Assembly (NCBI GenBank): GCA_964016885.1
Contig: OZ024743.1
Location: 266,352,001-266,416,000 of the forward strand
Source: Eledone cirrhosa
Lineage: Eukaryota
DNA length: 64,000 bases
Reading direction: 5' to 3'
Shown: positions 40,819-54,948 of the stretch, one piece after another
Layout: every line of letters begins with the position of its first letter
How positions within the stretch are numbered: the first letter of the stretch is position 1
Program-made: the position numbers and the translations under genes
The notes under the pieces: generated by a model
Told to the model about the DNA's origin: nothing
The model's database searches: none
The model's input: the letters and a program-made list of their open reading frames with translations, nothing else

Positions 40819-42564
40819 CACCGTGTCACAAAACAATTTTTTTTTCTCTGTTCCTGGCTTGTAATCACATTTTTGTGTTGCTTAGGTCCCAAATAAATAA
40901 ATAAAAAAGTGCTATTAAACAGTTAAAAGTTCGGGTTTGTAAAATTTCTAAGCTATTCACTAGAATTATTTGTATGCTGGATTTTACGTTGTATGTAAGT
41001 TTAATTTGCTTATGTTAAATGATTTTTCTTATATATGTTCAGGTTAAATTAAAATGATAAAATAAAGAGTAATACCTACTAAAGAAAATTATAAAAAGTC
41101 CAATAAAGTATAAAAGTTTAAAAAAGTGGATTAAAGAAATTTATTGATACTGTATTTTCGCACCCTGAATAAAGGGTAATTTGTGTTTTAAGCATTCGTC
41201 TCCAGGATGAAACAGTGGAACTTAGTCAAGGAGGAAGTGCAGGTGACAAGTCAGAGAAGTCGACACGAACCTTTGTCAGGCTTTTACACTCTTAAGGATG
41301 GCCTCTGCTTTTGCTACGACATGCCTAGATTGTTTGATGTTATTGGGGTGCCGTTTGTGCCCAAGGAGTGGCGGCTATTTATAGACAGCTCCACCACAAG
41401 TTTGAAGGCTGACCTCCTCCACAATAGAAACAAGTTCCCGACATTGCCGCTAGCTCATTCAGTATGCCTGAACGAAGATTACTACAGTGTGAAAGTCCTC
41501 TTGGAAGCTCTGCAATACAGCCAGTACAATTGGGAAATAATTGGAGAATTCAAGATGGTGGCTTTCCTGCTTGGACTCCAAGGAGGCTTTATCAAAATGC
41601 AATGCTTCCTCTGCCTTTGGGACAGCAGAACCATCTCTGACCACTACAAAAGAAAGAATTGGGAGCAGCGAACAGAATTTGTAGTTGGAACCCGGAGTGG
41701 TAGCCACTGGTTGATCCCAGGATTGTGCTCATGCCGCCACTGCACATTAAGTTGGGGTTGATGAAGCAGTTTGTAAAGGCTCTCAACCAAGAATCAGCCG
41801 CTTTTAAGTACCTTCTTGATTTCTTCCCATAGTTATCTGAGGCCAAAATCAAAGGTGGAATGTTTGTTGGACCTCAGATAAAGAAGGTATTTGAGTCTAC
41901 CGAGTTCTCCAATAAGCTCAATAGGAGTGAGAGAAGAGCATGGAACTGTTTCAAGGCAGTTGTTAAGGGCTTCCTGGTCAACTACAGAGCTGAAAGCTAC
42001 CAGCAACTGGTGCAGGATTTGATGAAGGCTTTTGGCGCCATGAGATGCAGGATGTCGCTTAAACTCCATGTGCTTGACGCTCACCTGGAAAAATTCAAGG
42101 ACAATATGGGCCCCTACTCAGAAGAACAAAGCGAACGATTCCACCAAGATGTGAAAGAGATAGAGCGGATGGACCAGGGCCACTACAATGAAAAAGTGAT
42201 GGGGTACTATATCTGGGGGCTAGTGCAGGAATGCGACTTGGTCTACAACCGCAAATCCAGGAAATCCAGTCATTTCTGACGTGTATAAGTTGCTTTATAA
42301 GTGTTATTTGTTTTTACTTGTGTGCTTTTGATAAGCTTGTGTAATAAAATAAATATATACTCTGTTGATTTAATTATATGAACTGATAAATTTTAAAAGA
42401 ATGTGTTTTTTCTGGAAAAATATGGAAATTTCGAAATATCAAACTCCTGATCACAAACCCAAACTTCTGATTAAATAATAGTGTCTTCTTATAATGATGG
42501 GATATAGCAAACCAGGATATTACACTTAGAACCGACCGGGGGACAAATAATATATTACACGGTG
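40819..42564 (+). mobile_element. Chapaev3-like (CMC superfamily) DNA transposon, internally deleted
   Basis: Termini CACCGTGT...ACACGGTG with TAA at 40816-40818 and 42565-42567. Confidence 0.8.
41190..42279 (+). pseudogene. DDE transposase relic (frameshift ~41690, stop ~41830)
   Basis: WRLFIDSS, CFLCLWDSR, PPLHIKLGLMKQFVKAL, MSLKLHVLDAH, SEEQSERFHQD: C(2)C, LH and H(4)H signatures of CMC transposases. Confidence 0.85.
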
Positions 42565-43297
42565 TAATTTGCTGGGTAAATCAGTATAAATGTTTATATT
42601 AGGAAAATCAGGAAAGGAATGGGGAGAAATTTGAAGAGAGATTTATTTGATTATATAATCGGACACATGTTTCCTCGTCGGTTACAAAACCGTCTACGAG
42701 AACTGGATAGATATAATTTCACTATTCACTCATTCATAATATGTTTATCCTCGGCGTTGGGTAATGTATGTGTGTATGTATGTAAGTTGTGTACATCCAA
42801 TAATATACGATATGTTCACGAATAGACATTTAAAAGAATTTAGCTATAAATTTTAAAAGATGGTGTAGGACGTCCCTAAGTGAGCCCCAATCAGAAGCAA
42901 GGAGAAATTACAGACAGCTGTTTCTGAATTGTATATTTTATACACATGGACATATGGACACGTTCAAACTCACAAACAAATAAACACATTCCACAAGATA
43001 CCACGCAGTAGCATGGTACACAAAACCGCTTTCACTTGGTTAAACACACACACACACACACATATATATACATATTGTGTGAGGGAGAAATAGAGTGAGA
43101 CCCGACGTTTTGGCATAATCGCTGAGCCGATTTATACAATGTCAAGCCCTTCCTCAACTATGTCTTTCATTTCCATTGGGTAGGTAAAAAGTGCCATTCT
43201 AGTAATTGAGTTTGTTCCTACTCTAAAACTATTTCTTAGTTCCCCTCTGACAGTCTCTGTATAACTCTGGAAAGAATCATATATTTATTTATGTTTA

Positions 43298-43668
43298 TTG
43301 GTTCACCACTGGATAGACCTGGTCATTCCGTATGGTCAACCTCGATGTAATATTAGGGACAGCACTTGATGCAATGCAACTCTCTTCGTTTGTGTTGTCG
43401 GTAGTGTGAGTACGGAGTTAATTATTATAAAATAACAGGAGGCTGGACTGGTGTAATTCCTTAAAGGTTTATTATACTTTATTGACTTGAGGGCGGCCAA
43501 CCGAACTAGAAACTACTAAATGGGTTGCCGCCTTCTTGTCACTCTGCCTTTTCAGCTCCATGGATTATATTCCTTCGTTAGATTTCGAATACCTGATGAT
43601 GTCACCGGATTCATACTGAAACCTTTAAGGAATTACACCAGTCCAGACTCCTGTTATTTTATAATATA
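43298..43668. mobile_element. F10 copy with internally deleted HHR and inverted tail (~43421-43478 vs ~43619-43666)
   Basis: Shares GGTTCACCACTGGATAGA, TTGAGGGCG and AATACCTGATGAT blocks with 38338-38585. Confidence 0.65.
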
Positions 43669-44869
43669 TATATATATTTATTGGATAGGTCAGCATTTCA
43701 AATTTCGCCTCTTTTGTTTACTCTCACAAAACATTTTCTTTCCCCTCCTTTTGTGATCTATCGGTGCTAGAGAGAAAATAACTTGTATCCCTTGTATTAA
43801 AAACGCTCTGAGAACATAATCCATAAAAATTCGTAAAAAACATATGTGGATTATTCACAGCTGTGAATTACCACAGTTTTATCATCGATCGGTGAGTGGA
43901 CTGCCTATTTAAATATCAGGTCAAAGATATACAATATACGTTGTCATGTCGAGATGTATCATCTCAAGAAAACTGGAAATTTATACCAACACGTAGCCAA
44001 CATATAGCGACTTAACATAAATACGCACATACATTTTTTTCTCCCAAACTACTCTATAAATCCCATTCTTAAACGTTAGCTTCTATAACATTAAGGTGTG
44101 TTTTCTTTTACCTCAATTATATCTGCCCATATTTCTTCCCACTAAATATGTACAGATATAACATCTTAGTCGTATGCCATCATGAAATTAGGATTGTATT
44201 TTCCAAAGAACTCTACTTCCTAACAATATGCCATCATATGTATTTTCAAACTAACTTCTATATTCCTTTGTGTATAGTAATGTACCGACGAGCACATTGA
44301 AGTTAACTGAGAATAATAATTCCTGTGGTGCTGCAATGGCAATACGAACTTGTTCTCTGATATACTTACATCATATGTTTTATTTAAACTTTTTCAGTTT
44401 GCAGTTATATTTAAATAATTTTAACGGTCGACATACCAAAGTGGACACAATATAAAAGAGACATCTTTTATCGTTGACCTTTTATTTGATTACAAGAATA
44501 AATCACAACACATCACTTGATTCCAACATAAGAATTCTTTAACAGAAAGTGTTGGCAATTGAAAAATTTCAAAATTTTCTTTAAATTTTTTTTTTTTTCA
44601 TTTCGAAAATATAAAAGGAAAAATATAAAGCAGAACAAAGTAAAACTATAAGACGTCTGTTTTAATTTTGAACTGTCTGTAACATAAATGATTCTTTTCA
44701 AACTCCAAAGGTTACGAAATGAACAAAAAAGTAAATGACAAAAAAATATATATATATATAAAGCAAATTGGAAAGTAAAATATGTATAACGAAAAATAAG
44801 ACAAGTCGAAAAAAATTTAGCAAGAAAAAACTGGAAGAAAACCTTGAGATATTTATTTAAATCTTCAAC

Positions 44870-44885
44870 ATCTTATATATATATA

Positions 44886-44975
<90 letters not shown>

Positions 44976-44983
44976 GTATGTAT

Positions 44984-45039
<56 letters not shown>

Positions 45040-45041
45040 TA

Positions 45042-45073
<32 letters not shown>

Positions 45074-45074
45074 G

Positions 45075-45138
<64 letters not shown>

Positions 45139-45377
45139 CTTACAAAGCCGAAAGACATTAACACCTTTTTATAGAGATTCTTTTCTACTTGTATTTGTCA
45201 TTCACCTTATGTTAATTATTACTTAAATGCAAGTATGTGTGGCTGCTATTCTATTTCTGTATTGCTGGAATAAAAAGGAATGGTGTAGTCTATATGTGTG
45301 GGATATATATGTATATATATATAATGTTTGTATATATAAATAATGATGGTATATATAAATAGGTACATATATATATA

Positions 45378-45457
<80 letters not shown>

Positions 45458-45835
45458 TGTGTTTGTGTGCGTATACTAACGTAATGGTTATTTGCCTATA
45501 AATATGCTTCTATGTATAAGTGTGTTTATGTGTTTATGTCGATTTGCAGACATTACATTTGTTGGCGGTGAATTTGGGATATAACGAGTAATTTATACAA
45601 CATTATGTATGTCTACGTTCGTGCATATTTGTATATGTATGCTCTTATGCGCGTTTGTATGTATATATGTGTGCGCATAATATTTTTTTTTTGTGTATTT
45701 AGTTTTCGGGAGGTTAATGTTTATAGATTTTTTAGTATGTATTGCAACTCTCGCTCTCTCCCGCCCTTGTATATGTTCATATAATTATATATATATATAT
45801 ACATACACACAGTCACACGCACAAAGATACGCATT

Positions 45836-45894
<59 letters not shown>

Positions 45895-45967
45895 TATATA
45901 TCTATATATATATATATTTGTATAAATGTATATATATATATATATATAATATATAAGATCAAAAGAT

Positions 45968-46021
<54 letters not shown>

Positions 46022-46094
46022 ATATATACATATAAATATATATATATATATGTATGTATACATATTCATATTTATATATATACATATATGTATG

Positions 46095-46136
<42 letters not shown>

Positions 46137-46150
46137 TATATATATTTATG

Positions 46151-46207
<57 letters not shown>

Positions 46208-46227
46208 GTATATATATACAGATATAT

Positions 46228-46312
<85 letters not shown>

Positions 46313-46341
46313 TATGCATATATATTTAATATATATGTATT

Positions 46342-46388
<47 letters not shown>

Positions 46389-46420
46389 AATACCTACATA
46401 CAACGTACATGTATATAAAT
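44870..46420. repeat. Large compound (TA)n/(CA)n microsatellite field (representative of dozens in the window)
   Basis: Direct reading. Confidence 0.95.
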
Positions 46421-47870
46421 ATATATGCGCAATTATTGTGTCTATGTTCGTGTTTGTCATGTATTTGCGTATTATCTCAGAGTGTATAACATTTCTATGT
46501 GTGTTTGCATGTGTATATAAACACACACAACTGCGTGTTCTAATGCAGCCTATACTCAACTATAACTACATACAATATTAATATTCATGAGGCTAGCAAA
46601 CTTTGCTTGTGTCATTATTATGGGAGTTTGTTTTCATGTTATTTCACCATTTCTCTTGGTTTTAGTATACCAATTTTTTTCTGTGTGCCAGGAAGAAGAA
46701 TAAGAGCATTTTCCAAAAATTATGGATGCCATCTTAACTAATTTAAATCATTACGTCATGCTTTCAGTCGAAATAAATATAAAAATTATTGTTGGTTGTT
46801 AAATTACTGTTGTTTGCTATATGTTAATGCTTAAATGCCAGTAAATCATGTACTAAGTAGTACAAAGTTGCTTAATATTACTTTCGAATATTCTTTATCT
46901 GTGTGTCAGGACGAAATATAAAGCAATGGGGCTTTTTTAGGGGGGGTGGCGCTCCTTGTTTAGTTGCAGTGAAGAAGATATCTTCAAACTGGAGACATGC
47001 AAAATAGTTGTCTCCACTTATGGCATGAAATATGTGATGGGGTTACATCGGTTTTCACAGCCCTCTATGAGGGGGCATCATTTTGATGCATGTTTATTAG
47101 TGGTAACATGGCTGGTTGCTCAACAGAAACCATTGTCTCCCCATTGCGCATATTGTCTTCTCGAAGATATTGACACTTTCTTTTAGAAATCCATGTCACA
47201 GGAAGTACTGCAGCAATTAGCTTTAGTCCTATAATACATAAGTCACGGATGTTAGAGCTATCAAATCTGATGCTTAATAGATTTTGAGTGAAAACATCAC
47301 ACACAAACTAGCCTTATATTGTGCATGTTCACCTACTGAGATATTTCTATGCGATCGTGAACTATTGCTAAATAGCCGTTGACATTATGCTGGAGTCATC
47401 CGAACTATTACATGTCTATGCGCTAGTAGTTAAGGAAGGAGTATATACATTAAAATATAATGATAATAATTGACGTATATAATTTCAGTGAAGTTGTTTT
47501 TCTTCACCCAATTATTTCTGGACGTATTCTGAGGGAAGCACCATCAGGTACACCTTCCAGATGGTCCTCTCAGAACAGCCGTCATTAATTAATCCGACAG
47601 GATTACCAAGCGTGACTAACAGGATTCATAGATATTATTCTACCCTGTTACTCATTGTCTACCTCTAAGTCTCCTTTCGGTTGGCTTTGCCCGTAAAATG
47701 TGTCCGTTTATTTTTCCTGATATAGTCTAACCTTATGTCAGTTATCTCTTGATACGGAGATGTGAAATGACGCCCTTATAACGAGTAACATTGCACCAAA
47801 GAACATTCAGAGAAACCCTATTGGGGTAATCCAGTTCGTTAGAAACAACTATACATATTACTGAGTGAAT

Positions 47871-48152
47871 AGAATGTCAGCCCTCTTTGATTTTCTATAC
47901 CAATCCAAGTCTGTAAATAATGTGTAAATAATTCGATTTGTATTACATTTAACTCAATGTATAGTAGACAGAACTGCATATAAATGACTATTTATCAGGA
48001 TAACATCACTACTTTAGAATGTCAGTCCTCTTTGATTTTCTATGCCAATCAAAGACTTCAAATAATGTGTTAATAATTCGATTTGTATTAAATTTATCTC
48101 AATGTATTGTAGACATGATTGCATATAAAGTAATATCTATCAAGATAAAATC
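47871..48152. repeat. Diverged ~146-bp tandem duplication
   Basis: AGAATGTCAG.CCTCTTTGATTTTCTAT starts at 47871 and ~48017. Confidence 0.85.
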
Positions 48153-49246
48153 TTTATTTAAGACAAATATTACATTCTCCTTCCAATAAAACCTTATAAA
48201 ATGGTTGTAATGACATTAGAAAGAAGACAGCTAGGCATGTAAAGACTAGCCAACATAATGGCAACGTATATATAATCCCAGTTAAATAAAGTAACTTACA
48301 CTTTTAGAAGACATTTGCCGAAAGTGACGTACAGTGGCATTGTATCAGAACCACGATTTAGCTTTAAGATTAACATCAATACTCACATATTCTACTTAGT
48401 ATTTTCATCAATATCACGTCCGATTTTACGCAACGAGCGGATTCAATAACAGATAAGATGTTCAATGAGAAGAACTTGCTACACCCTCCGTAATCCTTCT
48501 CTATTTCTGAACAATTGGAGGCTACGAATGGTTTCCCTCAACACTTCTCGCGGCTGAACGTAGCCGATTTCGACAGAGGGTATGGGAATGGAAAGAGACA
48601 GAATAAGGCAGAGAATCCCAATAATGTATGCATACTTTACATATCAACCTCAAAGTTATGAAACATAAGCCACCTCAGTGAAAGTCGAATATGTCCGGTC
48701 AGTTAAGGATTCTGTGATGCATTTTGTAATTAACTTTGGCAGATTATGGTATTTGATAACAAATATCAAATTTCCATTCCGACTTATAGAGTACGCACGC
48801 ACATGTAAATGAATTTCAATATTTCTAAGAAATAGTTTGAACTCATTCTCCGCAATAAGTTATGCCGTACGTTAATTGCAGTTATAGCCACATTATCAAA
48901 AGGTTCTTGTTAAACAAAACCAACATTGCCCGCTCATTGAAATCGTTTTATTTAAAAAAGCAAGGTTAGCGTTTGTCAAAACGTGTCATTGAATTTTATT
49001 TCCATGCTTCAAGCATATCGTACATTCAATCGTGTATGAGCTCTCAATGATTCTTCTCGGGGAAACTTCGTTTCATTCAACTCCGCGCACCGTTAAATTG
49101 GCATAGAAATTGATTTACGACATGCATATTGAGGCTGAGCTACTAACAGGCATTGTGGCTGTCTAACCAATAGTGAAACTGTCACAAATTTCAATGCAAA
49201 ATCTAGATACATACATATACATAATTGTGCATGTATACACACACAT

Positions 49247-49341
<95 letters not shown>

Positions 49342-49369
49342 AGTAAGTGCCGTACTAAGAGTGAGAAAT

Positions 49370-49414
<45 letters not shown>

Positions 49415-49593
49415 TTAAGTAAGTGCCGTAGTAAGAGTGATAAATTAAATTTCGTTTCATTCTAATCCATTTATCGTTTTCGGTGCGCCCAGCCGACTGA
49501 ACTCACTCGATATGCTAATTAGGCTGCTCAGCCGTTAATATACATAAGGAAAGTATATACTTTCAGACGTTCAATCATCTGGCAGGAAGGTAT

Positions 49594-49636
49594 ACGATTC
49601 TGACGATAGCTAATAAGCTTGAAACTAGTACATCGT
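49594..49636 (+). ncRNA. Minimal hammerhead (F8 unit 1)
   Basis: ACGATT-CTGACGA-TAGCTAATAAGCTT-GAAA-CTAG-TA-CATCGT; core intact, closing pair of stem I mismatched. Confidence 0.75.
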
Positions 49637-50037
49637 TCCTGTGTCAGTGTTGAACAAAAAGATGACGTGGTTGCCTAAACACTGTACGGCGTAATTCGGG
49701 CTGTTGGTTTGTTTACAAACAAACAAACCTAGCATTATAATAAATGTTCGGTAAACCGATACGCGCATATATATGTGTGCATGTATGTATATATATATAT
49801 AGATACTACTGTACGCCTGTATACATATATGTATGTACGTATACATACATACTTACAATTAAGTAAGTGCCGTACTAAGAGTGAGAAATGAAATTTCGTT
49901 TCATTCTATTCCATTTATCGTTTTCGGTGCACCCGGCCGACTGAACTTATTCTATATGCTAATTAGGCTGCTCAGCCGTTAATATGCATAAAGAAAGTAT
50001 ATACTTTCAGACGTTCAAGCATCTGGCAGGAAGGTAT

Positions 50038-50080
50038 AATATGCTAACGATAGCTAATAAGCTTGCAACTAGTACATCGT
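50038..50080 (+). ncRNA. Inactivated hammerhead (F8 unit 2)
   Basis: Core CTAACGA and GCAA (two core substitutions). Confidence 0.65.
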
Positions 50081-50475
50081 TCCTGTGTCAGTGTTGAACA
50101 AAAAGGTGACGTGGTTGCCTAAACACTGTACGGCGTAATTCGGGCTGTTTGTTTGTTATCAAATAAACAAACCGAGCATTATAATAAATGTTCGGTAAAC
50201 CGATACGTTCATATATATATGTGTGCATGTATGTATATATATACATACGACTGTACGTCTGTATACATATATTATGTACGTATACATACTTACATTTAAG
50301 TAAGTGCCGTACTAAGAGTGAGAAATGAAATTTCGTTTCATTCTATTCCATTTATCGTTTTTGGTGCGCCCGGCCGACTGAACTCACTCGATATGCAAAT
50401 CAGGCTGCTCAGCCGTTAATATACATAAGGAAAGTATATACTTTCAGACGTTCAACCATCTTGGCAGGAAGGTAT

Positions 50476-50518
50476 ACGATGCTGACGATAGCTAATAAGC
50501 TTGAAACAAGTACATCGT
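50476..50518 (+). ncRNA. Minimal hammerhead (F8 unit 3)
   Basis: ACGATG-CTGACGA-...-GAAA-CAAG-TA-CATCGT; perfect 6-bp stem I, palindrome broken. Confidence 0.75.
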
Positions 50519-50803
50519 TCCTGTGTCAGTGTTGAACAAAAAGGTGACGTGGTTGCCTAAACACTGTACGGCGTAATTCGGGCTGTTGGTTTGTTTACAA
50601 ACAAACAATCCGAGCATTATAATAAATGTTCGGTAAACCGATACGTGCATATATATATGTGTGCATGTATGTATATATATATACATACTACTGTACGTCT
50701 GTATACATATATGTATGTACGTTTACATACATACATACTTACATTTAAGTAAGTTCCGTACTAAGAGTGAGAAATCAAATTTCGTTTCATTCTATTCCAT
50801 TTA

Positions 50804-50979
<176 letters not shown>

Positions 50980-51059
50980 ATAGATAGATAGTGGTTCTGT
51001 GAATGCATGTATTAATGTGTGCATATATATATGCAGATATGAACATATAATACATGCAA

Positions 51060-51117
<58 letters not shown>

Positions 51118-51477
51118 CTGCATGTAAACGCGTGTGTGCATGTAAAAGCGTGTGTGGACGTTTATGCGTGTATGTTTATGTGTGTAGTAGGTAAACATAT
51201 ACATATTTTGCTATAAGTGACCCATCCCTATTATTCACTTATTTATCTCTTCATTTATTTTTAAAATTTTATTTTATCTTATTTATTCATTTACTTATGC
51301 ATTTATTCCTATATAATCTCTCTTTTTTTCAAATTTCTTAAAAGCACATCTTTATTTATTTTTCTACTTTCTATACGTGCTTGTGTGTTTTCATGTATGA
51401 TTTATGTATGAATGTATATGCATACATACATGCATACAAAATTGCATGTATATAGATCCATGCATAGGATATATATT

Positions 51478-52292
51478 CTACAGTGGATATGGCGCATCGC
51501 TCTCTGACATGACACCCTTAAATTAATTTAATTTAATTTTGAATATATATATACGGCCCCTTAATTGTTGAGCTAACTCAGTTGAAAGGACTTGACTGAT
51601 ATTTCTAGTTGTCGATAACCCTATTCACGCCACTGAGATGAAGCTGGTGCGATGTGTGTATTTTTGAGAAGTGCAAAACGTGCAACTAGTCATTCGCAGA
51701 TTTGAATTTGCTGTGTAAACACAGATAGTTAAGTCTTCTTCCTTGTTGAAAATCCGCGTTAGGCTACTGTGGTTTACCGAAAGATTAATGGTGAAATATG
51801 TTTCTTTAATGAAATGTATACAAGGAAGATTAATCCATTCATAAGGTATCTATTTTTAAAGTTCTGTTTAAACTGTTATTAGTTACCTACATAGCTATGA
51901 GTGCTTACACACTTTTACAAATTATTCCTGTGATTGTTTCATATGTTTAATTTAGATATATATATATATATATGTCAATCAATCTCTAGTTGATATAAAA
52001 TGCTCGGATCTATTCATTGGAATCTTGGAGCATAATCTACAGTGGATATGGCGCATGTCTCCCTGACATGACACCCATAAATTAATTTAATTTAATTTTG
52101 AATATATATATATATATATATAAATTTAGCGAGAATCGCATTTCGGCGGGTAGGAATTATCGAAACGCAACTTCCATATTATGCAGACAAGCGCTCCATC
52201 GATATGAAAAATATGATACCAGAGCTATAAACATAAGTTAAAATGTTCATACACGATGAGACGATGGTTAAGAAGCCATTAACCACCATAGC

Positions 52293-52362
<70 letters not shown>

Positions 52363-52568
52363 CAAAATTAAATTAAATTAATTTAAGGGTGTCATGTCAG
52401 AGAGACATGCGCCATATCCACTGTAGAATATGCTCCAAGATTCCAATGAATAGATCCGAGCATTTTATATCAACTAGAAATTGATTGACATATATATATA
52501 TCTAAAATAAACATATAAAACAATCACAGGGAATAATTTGTTAAAGTGTGTAAGCACACATAGCTATG
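51478..52568. repeat. Repeat family: tail at 51478-51545 (+), 51890-52103 (+) and inverted 52362-52568 (-)
   Basis: CTACAGTGGATATGGCGCAT...TGACATGACACCC.TAAATTAATTTAATTTAATTTTGA occurs three times, each ending in (TA)n. Confidence 0.85.
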
Positions 52569-52586
52569 TTTGTAAAGCGTTTAGTG

Positions 52587-52805
52587 AAGGCGGGTGGCTG
52601 AGTCGTTAAAATAATTGGAATCGCAATCGTGAGGTTGTGAGTTCGATTCCCGGACCGGGCGATGCGTTATGTCCTTGGTCAAGACACTTTACTTCACGTT
52701 GCTCCTTCTACCTGGAGTTGCGACCGATAGATAGTATTAGCAATTGGAAAGACCAATGAAAACATTGTTTCCTCGGTCCGATTTGACAAATGTCGATCGT
52801 TCCCA
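52587..52805 (+). mobile_element. tRNA-derived SINE family B
   Basis: TGGCTGAGTCG A box, GAGTTCGATTCC B box, TGTCCTTGGTCAAGACACTTTACTTCACGTTGCTCC core. Confidence 0.75.
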
Positions 52806-52847
52806 AAAAAAAAAATATATATATATATATGTATATATATAAATATG

Positions 52848-52895
<48 letters not shown>

Positions 52896-53042
52896 CATAT
52901 ACATACAGATGCATATCAATACTAGCAAATATATAGGTTTTGTCTTAGTAACTTTGTGGTTCAATGCATGGGGTTGCAGAACGATAATATGAGAGACGTA
53001 AAATAAGAAAATTATAAAATTAACATACTTACTAAAATATCA

Positions 53043-53122
53043 CTTCCAACTAATTAGTTTCTGCAATGGAATAAATATATTTTCCGAAGAAAACATGGAG
53101 AATCATTCCGTCGTCAGGGAAG
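53043..53122 (-). ncRNA. Type I hammerhead (F3)
   Basis: TCGTCAG at 53111-53117; reverse complement of 53438-53517. Confidence 0.75.
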
Positions 53123-53437
53123 ACTATTCTCATCTAAGTATCCAGGCAAAGCGTGGACACTGGAAACTTATTAAAAAAATAATTCAGTGGATATAAAATA
53201 GCAAAGCGTGGACTGAATTCCTAGCCATTGAGAAAATCACTGCCTCTGCGTTGGTGGCAAATTCAAAAAGAATCAATCACGTGACATCGAGGTCAATCAG
53301 TGGAAAGTGGTTTGCTAATAAGACAGCGGCCTGCCTGCTACCATAGCAGCAGTCGTGGCCAATATTGCTCGACAAATAATTTGGAGATAATTATAAAATT
53401 AACTTACTTACTAAAATATCACTTCCAACTAATTAGT

Positions 53438-53517
53438 CTTCCCTGACGACGGAATGATTCTCGATGTTTTCTTCGGAAAATATATTTATTCCATTCCAGA
53501 AACTAATTAGTTGGAAG
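53438..53517 (+). ncRNA. Type I hammerhead (F3)
   Basis: CTTCC-CTGACGA-C-GGAATG...TTTTC(TTCG)GAAAA...CATTCC-A-GAAA-CTAATTAG-TT-GGAAG. Confidence 0.8.
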
Positions 53518-53943
53518 TGATATTTTAGTAAGTAAGTTAATTTTATAATTTTCTCATTTTACGTCTCTCATATATACATATACATATACATATATATATA
53601 TATAGAAAAGATGAATATAAAATGAAAGTGCTTTTATAAAGGAATTTATTAGGTATTGACATATGTTTCTGTAACAGACGGAATACCTATGTATCGCTGC
53701 TTGCGTAATCATATAATGTTAGCAAGTATTCGATAGCAAATGTATAATCAGTTGTCACTTCTTAAGAGATATTGGATAAATTGGAAAACATCAGAAAAAT
53801 TGAAGTATTTATATTAGTTGTAAGAAAGGAAGAAGAGAGGGGATAGTATATGACAGATGGCAATTCAATTTACTGGTAAACAAGTATATAAAAGATTTCT
53901 AATGAGAATACAATGAGTATATGGTTTATTTTATCTAAATAAG

Positions 53944-54016
<73 letters not shown>

Positions 54017-54231
54017 TATATCTCTATATATAAATATGTATATATATATATATATATTATATATATAAATGTATATATATGTGTGTGTGTGAGTGTGTGT
54101 GTATGTGTTTATACCTTTATATATATATGAATATATATATATCTATCTATATATATAATACATTATGAAGAGAGAAGAAACATTAGATATAATTAATAAT
54201 AAGATATACCATACCCAAATTCCTTCTTTAC

Positions 54232-54324
54232 TCCTCGACTACGTAGTTTCGTGTCATATTATGCAAAAACACTACATCACAGATATATAGAATTTGTGCG
54301 AGGTCAGCCGACTTATCAAGAGGA
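54232..54324 (-). ncRNA. Hammerhead, U3-A8 core variant (F11)
   Basis: Minus strand TCCTC-TTGATAA-GT...AC-GAAA-CTACGTAG-TC-GAGGA. Confidence 0.7.
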
Positions 54325-54948
54325 TATATCATTAAGAGTTTCAAAACACGTCCGTAGGACGCAAGAAAGAATCCCGAAGGGCGGGGGGGTCAATCACGTG
54401 ATACAGCAGACAAGAAACAGAGCTAAGCCTCTTATAACCATGAAAAAATACCACGGAGGTGGAGAGGGTACTTATATCAAAGCCGTAGAAGAGGTGGCTA
54501 AGGTGGCGAGGAGTATGAGTAATGATAGCTTTCCAGAAGTCACTACACTTCAATGGTTACTCTACCAAAGGGAGTTATAAACAATATATAGAAACTCGCA
54601 GATACATACGGACACATACATAGATATATGTGGATATATTCATGTATATATATGTGTCCGCATCTATATGTGTGTTTCTATATATTGTTTATAACTCCCT
54701 TTGGTAGAGTAACCATTGAAGTGTAGTGACTGCTGGAAAGCTATCATTACTCTTATTTCTCGCCACCTTAGCCACCTCTTCTACGGCTTTGATATAAATA
54801 CCCCCTCCGCCTTCGTGTTATTTTGTTCATGGTTATAAGAGGCTTAGCTCTGTTTCTTGACCGCGGTATCATGTGATTTACTCCCCCTCCGCCTGACGGG
54901 ATTCTATATCACGTCCTACGGGCGTGTTTTGAAACTCTTAATGAGGTA

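Larger units (their letters stand above)
49337..50802 (+). mobile_element. Tandem array of three ~440-bp F8 units, one HHR per unit (retrozyme-like)
   Basis: Predicted cut sites at 49630, 50074 and 50512 (spacing 444 and 438); array bounded by (TA)n. Confidence 0.85.
52918..53572. mobile_element. F3 cluster: minus copy, partial minus tail (53390-53437), plus copy (53438-53572)
   Basis: Internal direct and inverted matches; homologous to 11160-11470. Confidence 0.8.

Noticed and set aside
49337-50802. CRISPR-like array or simple satellite
   Set aside because: Whole ~440-bp units repeat with no unique spacers; the second dispersed locus and the HHR favour a mobile RNA element.
53640-53690. 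Minus-strand GAAA-CATATG-TC-AATACC followed by AATAAA
   Set aside because: Looks like an HHR tail but the CUGANGA half is unrecognisable; not counted.
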